The notes beneath the pieces are model-generated. The model saw only the letters and a list, made by a program, of their open reading frames with translations, had not been told where the DNA came from and did not search any database. A program made the translations under genes and the position numbers. Below, in pieces: positions 12,394 through 25,879 of a stretch of 64,000 bases of DNA. Within the stretch, counting starts at the first letter, position 1. Each line of letters starts with the position of its first letter. Origin of the DNA: Camelus ferus (taxonomy: Eukaryota); contig NC_045697.1 in assembly GCF_009834535.1 (NCBI RefSeq), forward strand, positions 114,888,001 through 114,952,000. The letters run 5' to 3'.

Positions 12394-13127
12394 TTGAGAG
12401 ATTATATTTGACCAAAAATCATCTCAAATTATATTTTGTTATATATCCTTCCTGGTGAAATGCTTCGTATCTTTAACCAATAATGTCTAAAATCTAATAA
12501 GATTTTATTTCATGCATGTCTTATATTTTCAGTTCAGACAGTGTGGCACACAAAATTTAGAACAAAACAGCACAACTGATTTCCAGGAGGAAATTTTGTG
12601 TCACAGCAGGTATCTGAAAACAGTCATCATTTTTTGCTGTGATCGCTTGTTTAAAATGCTCTCGGGTGTGTTCAGAGTTGCAACAGATGCTAGTGTAACT
12701 GGAGTGAAATACGATTATGTTAACACTAAGAAAAATGTTTTTAATCAGTAATTACTAAAAATTTCATAGAATTTCACTCATTTGCCTTAAAATTAATGCA
12801 AAGTATCTCATGTGTAGTCATCGTTCAAAATATGCCAATGCTTCCATATGTACTTAATGTTTCCTGGAAATAATAAAAAATAAGACTCTTATTTTTAACA
12901 GTACTTGCATTTTGCATTTTAATGATTAAGTAGCCAAAAGGAATCAAATAATAGTTGAAAAAATCCAAATTAAACCTCTGCTACATACTTGAAGAAGGAT
13001 TTTTTAAGTTGCCTGCTCACTCTATAAGTCCTTATTTGTCTGCTGTTTTAGCTTATTTTTCTACTATATTGAATCATTTGGTTGCTTTTCCAGATAGTCT
13101 CTACAGATTTATTTTTTAAATCAAACT

Positions 13128-14335
13128 TGAGACAGGAAGGAAGGGGACAGGGCATTGCCATTCAAAGAATAATGAGACAGGAGGGAGGGGGGCAGGGCAC
13201 AGCCACAGCCATTCAAGGAATGAGAGTGATTAATGCCAAAGTGGCAAAAGATTCAACTACCAATAGGCCTTGGGACTCAAGATGGAGGAGAGTTGACTTC
13301 CAGAAGACCTTGAGCTTCATTATAGGCTCATTGTAATATTAACATGATAAATGGTAGCCCCACAGGTGCCACAGTGCCACGGTTAACCATGAAAGGTCAA
13401 AGAGTGGGCAGTAGCCAAATTCCTGGGTATCCCAGCCCCTTCCCCAGGGTAGTTGGAATGGTCCTCCCACTTGTTAGCATATGAAGCTACTGAGCCCATA
13501 AAAACTGGCAACACCATGACTCATGGCCTCCTCTGTTACTCCCTCTTCTTCAGAGATGGCCAGGACACTGTCTATGGAGTGTGTACCTACTTTTACTTTA
13601 ACCTGAACACCCAACCCCCACACCTCATAGCCTTTCTCATGCCTCTTGAAACAGCCTGCAGCCTTCACTCTATGCAGTATGTATCTCTCTAAGTAAATCT
13701 ACCTTTACACAACTGTGGCTCACTCTTGAATTCTTTCCTGGATGAAGCCAAGGACCCACACTTTGTAGGGCACATACGACTCAACGGAGACCCGGGACAT
13801 GGCCCTCATCATGCCCCACATTTGTTTCTTCCTGAGTCAAATTCAAAGCAATTAACACCAAGATGGCAGAAGATCCAACTCCCAGTAGACCTTGAGGCCC
13901 AAGATGGTGGGAGATTTGACTTCCAGTAGATCTTGAGTTTCCTTATACACTTATTATATTACCATAGTAAATGATACTCCCACAGGCTCCATGACAGTTC
14001 CAAGGCTGCCCATAAAAAGTTAAAAAGTGAGTGGTGGCCCAATTCCTGGAGATCTCTGACCCTTCTCCAAAGTAGTTGGAATAATCCTCCCACTTGTTAG
14101 CATAAGAAGTCACCAAGCCCATAAAAACTAACCACCCCACACCTCATGGCCTCTCTCTCGCCTTCTAAGACAGCCTGCACTCTGTCTATGGAGTACATAT
14201 CTCTCTGAATAAATCTACTTTTACTCAACTGTGGCTCGCTCTTGAATTCTTTCATGGGTGAATCCAAGGACCCACATTTGGCAGGGCACGTCCCAGGGAA
14301 TCAGTCGAGACCTAGGACATGGTCACCCTGTAACA
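13128..14335 (+). mobile_element. MER41-like solo LTR (outer copy, interrupted at 13172/13840)
   Basis: tgagacagg...ctgtaaca with a perfect TSD aact (13124-13127, 14336-14339). MER41-type blocks: ccaagatggc, ctcccacaggctccatgacagtt, aataatcctcccacttgttagcat, ctctgtctatggagt, tgaattcttt. Confidence 0.88.
13173..13839 (+). mobile_element. MER41-like solo LTR (inner copy)
   Basis: A second tgagacagg start lies 45 bp into the outer copy. It carries a full set of the same blocks and ends ...cctgagtca, after which the outer copy resumes. Confidence 0.85.
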
Positions 14336-15086
14336 AACTCAAAAGTTAACAAAAACTAAAAACACTTTCCTATTGATTCCTTTTTAAGAACTTAATGGCA
14401 CTAACTTCAAGACAGAAAGCAATTAAGTTTTATAGTAATAAAAATAATAATAGTAATAAGAATTTTGTATTATGATTGTCCAGGTAGTTATTATATTTTC
14501 TCTGAATTAAAGTGTTATGATGGAGCCTTTAAAAAAATTATATTAGAAATTTACATTTCCAGGTATTATAGTCTGTTAAACGTATCTGTTTAGATAAAAG
14601 AAAATATACTTCTGGAAAGTAGGATAAAAACTTTTTCTTAGAACTCAGAGTGAAAATAATAATGATAATAATAATGTTTCCTGTTAATGATACACAGTTT
14701 AGTTCAGTCTTTCTTTGATATCTTTTTCAACACAGTGTCTCTTTGTTTCTCCGAGAGTTTTGCTGTTCCCGGCTGTCAGGGACAAGCATTAAAACCTATA
14801 GGAATTCCTTTCCTGCCACTGCTTTCAACAGCTATACAAGACCAGCACCAGGCTACAGGACTCTGGGGTCTCTAATAAAACTGAGTCAGCCTCCTCCATT
14901 CCTCGGGTCTATTAAGGGATGCTACAAGGATGTGATTGACAATCATTATAGCTTCTAGTTTGAGAGTTCTAAAAATGCTTTCACATACATAAAATCTACA
15001 TATCATTTGGGCTATTATTATGCTTGAAGAAGCTGAATTCTCTTCCAAGGAGCCACACAAACTAGCAAAGATTCAATATGTATTAT

Positions 15087-15659
15087 TGTAAGCAGTATGT
15101 CAAGAAAGAGCTCTTTGCAGATAAGAGCTCTTTACAGGGGGGCCTTTTGTCTTGTCACTAACCTTTAACCAGGCACCCTCATGCTCTACTCATTTCTGGC
15201 CCTGGGCATCTTTCAAATCTTTTGATTATATCATGCCTTGCTTAACCTGTTGGTTGTTTCTGTAGATCAAAGGAGTAGAAATGGAGAATAAGTAATTAAC
15301 AGATGACCAGGTCTCTTCCCTTGCTTCCCCTGCAGTAATCTCATGAACAAACTGTGTGAACAAGATAACATCTAAGGAAAATACACAAGTCTACAAGCCT
15401 GCACACAGTGTGGGCTCTGTGTGGGATACTGACCCCGTATCTCAGTGATTAATTGAGACTGCTTCCCCTTTTTCCTTCAAAACTTCATGGCTGAGCAGAA
15501 TCACAGCCCTGGTCTTTTTGTGGGTTTTTTGACACTGATTCCAGTATCTCCCCAGATGGCAAGCATTCTGATTAAAAGCAACCTTCTTTTCTACCATCAT
15601 TTGCCTCTCTCGAGTATTGATTTTTGAGTGATGAGCAGCTGGACCTGAACTTGGTAATA
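15087..15659 (+). mobile_element. ERV1-class solo LTR
   Basis: tgtaagcag ... gagcagctggacctgaacttggtaata, with an ATTAAA signal at ~15571 and a U5-like 'ttgcctctctcgagtattg'. The TSD is poor. Confidence 0.7.
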
Positions 15660-18129
15660 CCATTTGTATATAAACTAACTCAAATATGCCAAGGATTAAT
15701 AGTATATTGGTCCCAGGGATAGTCCCTTGATCCAGACAAGTAGAAACACAGTACTGCTTTGTCTGAATATCATGACAAATAAATCAAACATGCCTTTCCT
15801 GCCATTGCCTAAGACATTCTCTCTTGTGGATGGGGCACTTGGTCTATTCACTGGCCCTGTTGCCTTTCTGGGCACACAGCACAGTCAAGTAAAACTAAGA
15901 GAAAAAAAATTATTGGAACCTATTCTGAACGTTTGGATTTTGTCATTCTGGACAGACTCCATCCTGCAGACATCTACTTACATGTGGCAATTAATATTTC
16001 TCTTTCTCCTTCTCCTCCTCCTTTCTTTCTTGTTCTTCTCAAGTTTTTAATAGTCTTTCTGGCATTTTCAGTGGAAATTTTATTGTTAAAATGTCTTAAG
16101 TACTATATGTACCACAGCAAGAAAATATATTAGATATAGCTTAAATAGTATTTTCATGACAATGGATATTTTATTTTTATTTATTTTCTTTGTAATTGCA
16201 AAGAATATGCATTAACTAATTCATCCATTTAATCCACATTTATTGAATATACATGACACAGATTAGCTTCTGTAATCCCAGAAATAAAGAGAAGAAAATA
16301 ACTTCAAACCCCAAAGTATAAAACTATAACATGGACCAAAGTGAAGAAGACTGATACAAACTGAAGTAAACTATTTTTTAGATTTTGGAAATAAATAAAA
16401 CATTCCCTAGGATAAGGCGGCCCTCAATAACCCATTCTAAAATTCTCTATTTTAAGTGGTAAGAGTCAGGTGTGTGGGGAGCCATAGAAGAAATAAAGGC
16501 TGTTTAACCAGTGGTCCAGTTGTAAAATCTGAAGAACAAAAATGGATAGCTGAAATGTAGGACGCCAATTAGCATGTGGGTTTTATTTTCTACAAACCAG
16601 TCTCTTGATGAGAATGAGACTGTCAAAATGAAAGAGTGATCATCAAATTGCACACTAAGAAATTGTGCCCTAATGTGCTTCATTTTGAGTCAAACTCTTC
16701 CCTGAATGAGTAAACCTAATTAAGAAGTGCCTCTGAAAAAAACATAGTAAGATCACTCTAGAGGGTATTTCAGACAAGTATCCAATTTGAAGCCACTGTT
16801 TACTCCAATTCAGCCCTATTTCCTACGTAGTACTGAGATTACCCATAAATGTCGAGCTGCTTGGCCCCACTGGACTTTAAAAGAACCCAAACTGTGGTAG
16901 CAACTAGAAGAGAAAGAAGAAACAGAGATAAAGGATGGAGGAAGAGAATTAAAAAAAAAAAAAAAAAAGATGCACACATGAAAAGAAAGCAGATGAAGAG
17001 ATTAACATTCTCCATGACTTCAAAGGAAAAAACAAAACCAAATCAGATCTGACAGCGTTCACATGTGCACACTTTTCCACATACACTCAGCGTCCTGCAT
17101 TTACATGCCATAATTAGAGCAAGTAAAATACAATATAATGGATAAAAACCTGGCCAGGGTAAGATAAAACAAGCTCTTCTGTTAAGCAATCTCCCTTTAC
17201 AAAAATAATAAGTGACACACATATGTAATTTATCTCCTTTCAGGATGCCCTGTTTTCTCTCTGGGGAGGCATCATTTGCTAACCAAAAGCTCAAATGCAG
17301 ACAATTCTGGTGTTGCTCATCTTCAGTTCCTTTCTTTGTGAAGTCTCATTTGCTTTCTGCCAACACCATCAGGTGCCTTACTTGCATCCGACTTTGCGAC
17401 CCAGTTAAATTGCCTTCAGCTCTGCATGACAGAGATCATGACTTAAAACCCCTATGTCTCCTTTGGCCAGAGGATTATCTAAAGCTCCAACTGGAGATGC
17501 TCAGTACGTAGCAATTGCATTGAAAGTGTAGATATTACTGGAATTCAATGCTTATGGCATACTTTTCTTTCTCCTACTTCCTGGGAAGATTAGAGAAGTG
17601 TTTTCATTATTTTTAGTAAGAAGTATGGAAAATCTCAGAACTGATTATAGTGTTATAGTCAATAAGTGAAAATTAATAATTAAGAAAAAACTTTCACTAA
17701 AACCTGAATCAAGCGAAACCACTTTTATCCTTAATTTTATACCTGAACATTTGTAAAATTGTCATTTATGTATCTCCATTGTTTATTCTGATCATAGCAA
17801 GTGCTTTCATATTTATCAATAATTTAGTTTTGACTAGGAAACAAAGATGTATACATAAAACTATTTATAGAGTACACCACAGCATTAAGTTCTAATACAA
17901 AAAGAAATGTATAAAGCCAGTCTGGCAAGTAAGGTTACTTAAATAAAATATAGTATCCCATATGAACATCACGAGAGAGAAATCTCAATTTGCCATATGA
18001 TTTTGCGGTTGTTTTTTGTGTATTTTCATGGGTTGTATGAGGCAATACTCTACTCTCAGTAGTATGACAATATATTTTTTTGGAATTTAATTTAAACTTC
18101 ATGACTACACTATAAACACAGTTTCAAAA

Positions 18130-19375
18130 AGTCAATTATTTCACAGGGCTCAGAACACAAGCTACTGTCCTCTATCCCATGTCTAACTTTCTCTCAGTTT
18201 CTCCTTCAGAGAAGCAAACATTTTTAACTCATCCAGTAGTCTATTCTGCTACTTTCCTTCATTTTAATGACATCATATTTGTAATTCTTTGTTTTAAAGT
18301 TTTAGATATTACAAATTTACTTTCTATCTGAAAATGTAGAATTTTAAAATTAGCTTTACATTTTTTAACATTTTAAATAACCTTTCAAGTTAATTTTATG
18401 CATTCTCTCACATTAGGTGCTCCTAATACAACAGAAATGTATATCACCATTATTTTCATTCTACCATTTCCCTGTTTCTGTCATAATTTTAGTGCAGATC
18501 AATAGTCAGTACTTACAAATATCAAAATTATATTTTTTTTCAAAACTGAAGCATATAGCATACTTCCTTTCTAAGGCAACATTGTTTTCCCTGGGAATTT
18601 AGAATATTCTATTTTTTAGGATGGATTCCTGGATTTTCCATGCAAAACATAATTTCAAACTCAAATTCTAAAATAAATTACAGTTGTACTTTGAATAATT
18701 AACAAGCATAGAATAATTTATTTTATTTATTTTTTAATGAATATATGCCTCTGTATCTCTGAATCCTACTAGTCCCATTGTGGTTTGCACTCAAACTACA
18801 CCTTAGAGCCTTAACATACAATATGCCTTCAGTTTGCCTGGAAATTCTCATTTCCTCTCTTCTAAGATCAGCCTCTCTTTTCTTACTCCCATATCCCTCT
18901 TCATCTTTTCATCCCACTGTTTTAGCTGATATGGACATTGTCAGTAATTAGGAATGTAAATATTTTGAGGAGGCAACTTTGAAATACTTTAGTTTACTTT
19001 CACTATCCAATGATAGTTTGTTGGATACAGTTATCTAGATTGAAAGGCATTTTCCCTGTGAATTATGAACACTTTCTAGAACTGCTACTGACAGATTTTA
19101 TGTCACTCCTGATTCTTTCTGTGTGAACTCTTTCCCTCCTAACCCAACCTCAAAAGCTTTTAGAATCTTTAATTTGTATTAATAATAATAATAATAATAA
19201 TAAATAATAAGTGGACATAGAACTGTTTTATCTCATTTTCAGGTACTTCTATATGCATATCTATGTCCTTCAGTTCTGGAAAATATTCTTGTATTAGTTC
19301 CTTGAACATTTCTAACTCTATTTCTTCTACTCTAGCATTCTATTTTTTTTTTTAATAAGTCAGAGGATTCTCTAA
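18130..19375 (-). mobile_element. HAL1 / ancient L1 ORF1-like fragment
   Basis: ttcagagaagcaaacatttttaactc... and gatagtttgttggatacagttatctagattgaaaggcattttccct resemble antisense HAL1. Includes (AAT)n at ~19180-19210. Confidence 0.55.
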
Positions 19376-19376
19376 A

Positions 19377-20515
19377 TTTTTTTTTTTATTAATTATAATC
19401 TTTATTGGAGTATAGTTGATTTATAATTGTTTTAGGTGTATAACACAGTGATTCAATATTTTTGTAGGTTATACTGCATTTAAAGCTATTACAAAATCAT
19501 GGCTATATTTCCCTGTGCTATATAATATATTCTTGTTGCTCATTTATTTTATACATGATAGTTTGTGTCTTTTAATCCCTCATACTGCTCTTGTTCTTCT
19601 ATCCTTCCCTCTCCCCAATGGTAACTGCTAGTTTCATCTCTGTATATGAGTCTGTTTCTTTTCTGCTACATTTATTTCTTTGTTTTATTTTTAGACTCTA
19701 CCTATAGTGATAACATAGAGTATTTGTCTTTTCCTGGCTAATTTCACTAAGCACAATACACTTTAGGTCCATACATCTTATTGTAAATGGAATAATTTTC
19801 TTCTTTTTTATGGCTCAGTAATATTTCATTGCATATATATTACACATGTATACATATATATCTCAAATCTTCTTTATACAGTCGTCTGTTGATGGACACT
19901 TAGGTTGCTTCCATATCTTTGCTATTTAAAATAATGCTGTTTTGTACATTGGGGTGTATGTATCTTTTTAAATTATTGTTGTCTTTTTTTTTTTTGGAAA
20001 GCAAAATTTCAAGAGTGAAATTGCTAGATCATATGGTAGTTCCATTTTTAGGTTTTTGAGGACCCTCCATACTATTTTCCATAGTGGCTACATCAATTTA
20101 CATCCCCACCAACAGTGTACTAAGGGTCCCTTTTCTCCACATCCTTGCCAATGTTTGTTACTGGTTGACTTTTTTATGGTAGCCATTTTGATGATGTAAG
20201 TTAGTATCTCACTGTGGTTTTGATTTATTTCTCTAATGATTAGCGATATTGAGCATATTTTCATGTGCCTGACAGCCATCTACATATCTTCTTTGGAAAA
20301 ATATCTATTCAGGTCTTCTGCCCATTTTTTTTTTTTTTTAAATTGAGTTGTTTGTTTTTTTTTGATATTGAGTTATATGAGCTGTTCATATATTTTGGAT
20401 ATTAACTCCTTATTGGTCATATCATTTACAAATATTTTCTCCCATTTAGAAGCTTATCTTTTCATTTAGTTGATGAATTCCTTTGTTGTACAAAACTTAA
20501 ATTTAATTGGGTCTC
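19377..20515 (-). mobile_element. L1 3' portion (ORF2 C-terminus remnant + 3'UTR + polyA)
   Basis: Poly-T followed by tttattggagtatagttgattt.... The ORF track at 20088-20279 reads HMKICSISLIIRE...[18 protein letters not shown], the ORF2 cysteine-rich region. Confidence 0.92.
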
Positions 20516-21726
20516 CCCCACTTTTATGCATTATCTCTATTGTCATTGTCATATAGATTCAATTTATGGCAGCGCCTTGAGTTATCTATTATATAGCCTA
20601 TATTTATTGATTGAAGAGTGTCAGATTAATCTTGTTTTCTCTCTCTTCTTGTTCTGTCTAAATTCATATGTCTACATTGTATCATCAATTTTGAAATAGT
20701 TGAATGTATGATAGACAGGCATCATGACTGGATCTAAACTTATACACCAGTAACTTAAAAAGTAAGTAAATTTTATCTGAAAGAACCATTTTTAAAAATT
20801 TATATCAGAAAATATGATATGTGGTTTCTTTGTCTATTGATTCCTATTATTTTCTTCTTAAAGTTGGGTTAAATGATTTTAAAAAAAATAAGTTTTCATA
20901 GAAGTTTCTTATCATTACAATTTGATACCTCTTTAATCTTAGAACATTTAACCATTTTCTTCAGTGAGTTCATTCCTCCAGTCAATAATATCTTTTGTTC
21001 ATGACTTTTTGACACTTTACCATTCTAACTTATCCAATAATATTAGAAAAGTGTCGTCTATTTTAAATTTAAAAAGAGCTAAGTAGTGGGCTCTTTCAAG
21101 AGAAAAATAGCCAAGATAAAGTTGAGTAGTAAAACTGAAAGTAAACATAATAACTGAAAGAGAACAATTTTCAAACTTTTGTTTTGCATTTTATTTATTT
21201 ATTTGCATCAAGCAATGATCACTTATCCCAGTATACAGAGAATTTAGTCAAGGAAGATTTTTGTTGGTTTTATTTTTGAAAAGAGAAATTTAGTTTGTAT
21301 ATTAGCTGGAAAGCAAATAAATCCATTAATATAATAAGTTGTAATTGAAAATAATCAACTTTTAAAACTGTAAGGGCTAAATATAGAATGATAAACTTCA
21401 AGGTTTTTTGTTTGTTTACTTTTTTTAAAAAATTCTTTGACTAACTAAAGGGAATACTAGGTACCTGCTTCAGTCAATGAGGACAAATTGAAAACATTCA
21501 ACATGTCATAATACAAATGTTAACATGTTAATACTCTTCATATCTTGGGACTATATTTTTTTTTAAGTGGAGAATCTATTGTATAATTAATATGTTTTAT
21601 TGTATGCTTTTCAAAATTAATATGAATTGCTTTTGTAATTTAAAAATTTTTTTAAGATATATTTTAAAATTGTGATGTAAGTGTCCAAAACTTGAAATAT
21701 TTAAGATAGTCTAGAATACCTAGAAT

Positions 21727-22011
21727 AGAGTTCACAAATGCAAACATATATATGAACCAGGCAAGAAAAATAAATTCTGAAGTAACTGGTTTTAACTACA
21801 CATGCATTCCATATGTTTTGAATCTTAGGAACTATAATAAAAAGAGTATAGTCTTGTGTTGCCTGATTTACTAATTTGTCAAGAGAAATTCAAAATCTAT
21901 TATATAAATAAAAATTTTAAATACTGCACTGGATAAACTCTATAAAAGCATAAGTAAGGAGCACTCATTTACACACCAAAAGTAGTCCAAGGACCATTAT
22001 TTGAACCCCTA
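21727..22011 (+). mobile_element. hAT-Charlie remnant (MER102-like)
   Basis: agagttcacaaatgcaaac...ccaggcaag...gtgttgcctgatttactaatttgtcaagagaa...atttgaacccct resembles MER102 as recalled. Confidence 0.5.
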
Positions 22012-22786
22012 CATCAAATAGTGTGAAAATATAAATATTGTTTCATCTCCTGGCAAAAAGTCATTAGAAGTTCTTTAAGGAAAGAAGACTGATTTATTGG
22101 CAATTTGAATAGATGTTGATTATTGATAATGGAAACAAGAATTTCCCATTTGCGTCTTTTATCTTGAGTATAAGGAAGGATGGTTTTGTGCTACTAAATT
22201 CTTTTAACCTTTTGAGATGCTCATGTAAAAGTAACCTTACTCCGAGCTCTTTTCTAGCTTTTTGGAAAACATGAGGGATTTGCTTTCATCTTTCCTGCTA
22301 CCACACTTCACATTCTTTGCCTAAGTGTACAGTTTCTGTTTCCTGATGGTTAAAAATACTAACATTGTCTATGCTCCACATTTCATTCATTTATTTTTAG
22401 CTATTTGAGTATTAGCTAGGAGTAATGTCAATTCTGAGAGACCCTACCTGAAGCTGTAGAATGGGGTTTTTATTAACAATTTTGAACAAGACTCAGTGGT
22501 TCAGAATGGTAGTTTATGTGATAACCTTGTTGATAAATAACAGAAAGAGTAGCCTGAACTAAGTCCAAAGTCATAGTTTCTCCCCCCCACCTTTTTTTGT
22601 TTTTTAAACATTTGATAAAGCTGTCTCAGCTCAGCAGTACACATCACTGAACTGAGAAAATCAGTGACCTGAAAGATTAAATGGACAAAGAAGCTGTTAA
22701 ATGCTCTTGATATCCTGATAATGTTTAAGTATTACTTAAACCATCACCTTAGGTGCCTGAAGGGAAAAACTTACATAATTACCATC

Positions 22787-23332
22787 TGTATTAGCTACCT
22801 ATTGCTGCATAACAAATTACCACATGCTTAATGGCTTAAAACAGCGCATGTAGGTTATCTCCCAGTTTCTGTGGTTCAGAAATTTTTGGATGTGGGTTGA
22901 TGGCTTTTCTGCTTTAGGACTTCACATGAGGCATAATCAAGCTGTTGGTCAGGATGGAGTCTTTATTTGAGAATTTGAGGGGAAGGGTCTATGTCCAAGC
23001 TGGCTTGAAAGGTTTTTGACAGGATTTAATTCCTTTGACATTGTTGGACTGAAGATCTCATGCCCTCATTGTTGGTGGAAGGTCCCCCTCATTTTATTTC
23101 CACGTTAAGTTCCTCAGGGTGGCAACTTGCATGGGAGGGAATCTGCTGGCAAAATGAGAGCTGTAACTACATAACAGTATCACAGAAAACTATTATGCTA
23201 TTATCTTAACATATCGTATTGGTTGAAAGCAAGCCTCACATCCTGTCCCATTCAAAAGGAGGGGATTACACAAAGGCATGGATGCCATTTCAAAGGCACC
23301 TTTAGGAACCTTCTTAGGATTTGTCCTCTACA
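22787..23332 (-). mobile_element. MaLR solo LTR (MLT1E/F-like)
   Basis: tgtattagctacctattgctgcataacaaattaccac...ggcttaaaacag...tcccagtttctgtgg is the antisense MLT1 3' end. It ends ...ttgtcctctaca. Confidence 0.85.
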
Positions 23333-23999
23333 TGATCTGTCAGTGGGTTTCTGAAAACCTAAAGTGAGTCCCCTTTGAATTCTGTAGCAGAAGAACTTGG
23401 CCAGTTTCTTTCCTGGTTTGTCACATAAGGCAAATATATTAAACTTAATTAAATATCTATCTATATGTACATATCTATTTAGTGAGCATACTTTTATATA
23501 CACATATAATATTTATTCACATATGTATTATATATATCTAGCAGGTTTAGCATAAAAGATAAAATACGATCATTACAATTTTAAGAAAAATTCAATTTGC
23601 CATTTCCTAAAAACAGACAAACAGAAACAAATGTGAAAACAATATCATCAATCTGAAAAAGACACGAGTTGATGTTTAGACGGAGTAAGAATGGCAGAAT
23701 GTGAGTGAAAACTTTTACATTTGGATTCCAGCAGTTAAGTATACATTTTTACAAACCTACAACTGCAGCCTTCAAACTCATAGATTCCAGGACATTCTCT
23801 GTTTTTGCGCTATTGAAAAGTTGCTTCATAAGATTTAAATTAGTCATCTGGGAAATGTACTCTGCAGGCCAAACCAGTTAAGAATTGCATTAAAAGCACC
23901 ACTGCTGAAAGTTCTCTTATCAATTCAATTTCATCAGCTCTATGAATATGAGCTAGTGGAACCTGACCCAAACTGTAATATAAACTTAAACTCTTAAAT

Positions 24000-24464
24000 T
24001 TTCTTTTTTAAATTACAGAAGATAGTACAGAGTTCCCACATGCCTTTCCCCCTGCTTGCCCTAACACTGCTTAGATAATCTTAGTGCACTTATCTAAACT
24101 AAGACATTGACCCTGGCATGGTACTGTTATCTAAACAAAGACTTTATTCACATTTGTAGATTTTTTTTTTCCTATTAATATCCTTTTCCCATTTTAGTGT
24201 CAATCCAAGTCACCAAAGTACATTTAGCTATCATGTCACTTTAGGTTCTTTCAAATCTCTGACTGTTTCTCAGTTTTTCTTTTTTTCTTGTTAATGACCA
24301 TGGCAGTTGTGGAGAATAATTTTAGAATGTTCCTCAGTTTGAGTTTGACTAATATGTTTTCATCATTAGACTGGGTTTCCAGATTTCTAAAAAAAAGTTT
24401 AAAATTTTTTTTTTGTTTTTTGAGGGGGAGATAATTAGGTTTATCATTATCATCATCATCATCA

Positions 24465-24508
<44 letters not shown>

Positions 24509-24630
24509 TAATTAGTTTATTTAGTGGAGGTGCAGGGGATCAAACCTCGTACATGCTAAATATGCACTCTTCCACTGAGTTATATCCTCCCCTCTGGGTT
24601 TCCAGATTTTTGAGAAGACTACAAAAGAGA
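24000..24630 (-). mobile_element. Old L1MC/MD 3'-end fragment interrupted by a SINE
   Basis: gatagtacagagttccca...gactttattcacattt...catttagctatcatgtc...cattagactgggttt. Confidence 0.7.
24387..24593 (-). mobile_element. vic-1-type camelid SINE (tRNA-derived) with an internal (ATC)n(ATT)n expansion
   Basis: Antisense of GGGGAGGATATAACTCAGTGG...CCTCCA-A-rich-AAACCTAATTATCTCCCCC. Perfect 16-bp TSD ctgggtttccagattt (24371-24386, 24594-24609). Confidence 0.9.
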
Positions 24631-24799
24631 TAATATTATTTATTTTATTTTTATTTTGACATTATCCCATCAAAACACTTCTTCAGTTTACTTAAGTTGG
24701 ATCTTTTCTTCCCTACCATCCTCACTAAAGTCACATGCTACACAGAAATACAGTTAGATCTATTTCAGTTTAAATTTTATCCCAGATCCATGACATCTG

Positions 24800-25640
24800 A
24801 TTGATTTTTTTTGCTTAACTTGCATACAGGAAGTGCCACTCATTTTGTGTATAGTTCTGTGTGCATTGATAAATACACAGAGACATGTCCACCACCAGAG
24901 TATTAGAGAGAACATTTGCAACACCTAATATTCCACACATTTGATCTCACTTTGTTTACTATTCTGTAGTCCCTCAACTCCTTGCAACTAATAGTCTTCC
25001 TTATCTATACTTTTATTTTCTTCTAGAATCTCATTAAAATGTAATCATTCAGTATGCAGTCTTTGCTGGCTGACTTCTCACCTAACACAATTGTTCTTGA
25101 CTGTGGGTGATTCTGATTGCCCTGAAGCATTGAACAATGTCTGAATTCATTTTTCACTGTTACAACTGAGGAAATGATATTGATGTCTGGTAAACAGAGG
25201 CCCTTTGATGGATGCACAAGATAGTTGACCACAACAAAATATTATTCTGGCCCAAATGTCAATAGTGCCAAGGTTGAGAAATCTGACCTACCAAAATTCA
25301 TTTATGATACATTCTTATTGTTGCCTGAATCAATAGCTCGTTCCTTTTATTGGTGAATGATATTACACTGAGAATATGAACCAGTGTTTGTTTATCCATT
25401 CACAAGTTCAAGGACATTTTGATTGTTTCCAGTTTGAGCAATTATTAATTCTGGTGCTCTAAAAATTCCTCTACAGTTTTGATGTGAAATAAGTTATTAG
25501 CTCACTTGGATAAGTACTAAAAATGAGATTCTTGGGAATTCGTGGTCAGTGTTATATAATATTATAAGGAATTGTTGTCTAAAGTGGCAATGCCATTTTG
25601 CAGTCCAGCAGGCAAGAAATTATTTCTATTGCTCCATGTA
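24800..25640 (-). mobile_element. Old L1MD/MC 3' fragment interrupted by MER20
   Basis: tttgtgtatagttctgtg...ttctagaatctcattaaaatgtaatcattcagtatgcagtcttt...tttgtttatccattcac...ggacattttgattgtttccagttt. Confidence 0.8.
25088..25285 (+). mobile_element. MER20 (hAT-Charlie)
   Basis: The end ccacaacaaaatattattctggcccaaatgtcaatagtgccaaggttgagaaatctg matches MER20. 8-bp TSD acctaaca/acctacca. Confidence 0.9.
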
Positions 25641-25879
25641 TTTTTTTTTTAATGAGACTAGAAAAGGAATTTATTAGGGGAACGCTGCCATAGACAACAG
25701 CAGGTCAGGATGAGATCTGGTTAATTAACTGCTTCAAGTTGCTACTTGTTGGTCTGGTTGAGCTTGAGTAACTTTAGGAAAAAATTCATATCTATGGCCA
25801 TGGTTAGAGCAGATATTAATTGCCCAGGTAAGGGAATCCCACCTAGTAAACTTACTATAATTATAATACTACTCACTAT

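Noticed and set aside
12533..12609. Possible 77-nt plus-strand exon (ttttcag| ... cag|gtatct)
   Set aside because: The donor is weak, the peptide is unrecognisable and there are no partner exons.
12861..12869. Isolated GAS motif TTCCTGGAA upstream of the nested MER41-like LTRs
   Set aside because: A single 9-mer with no supporting context is expected by chance at this window size.
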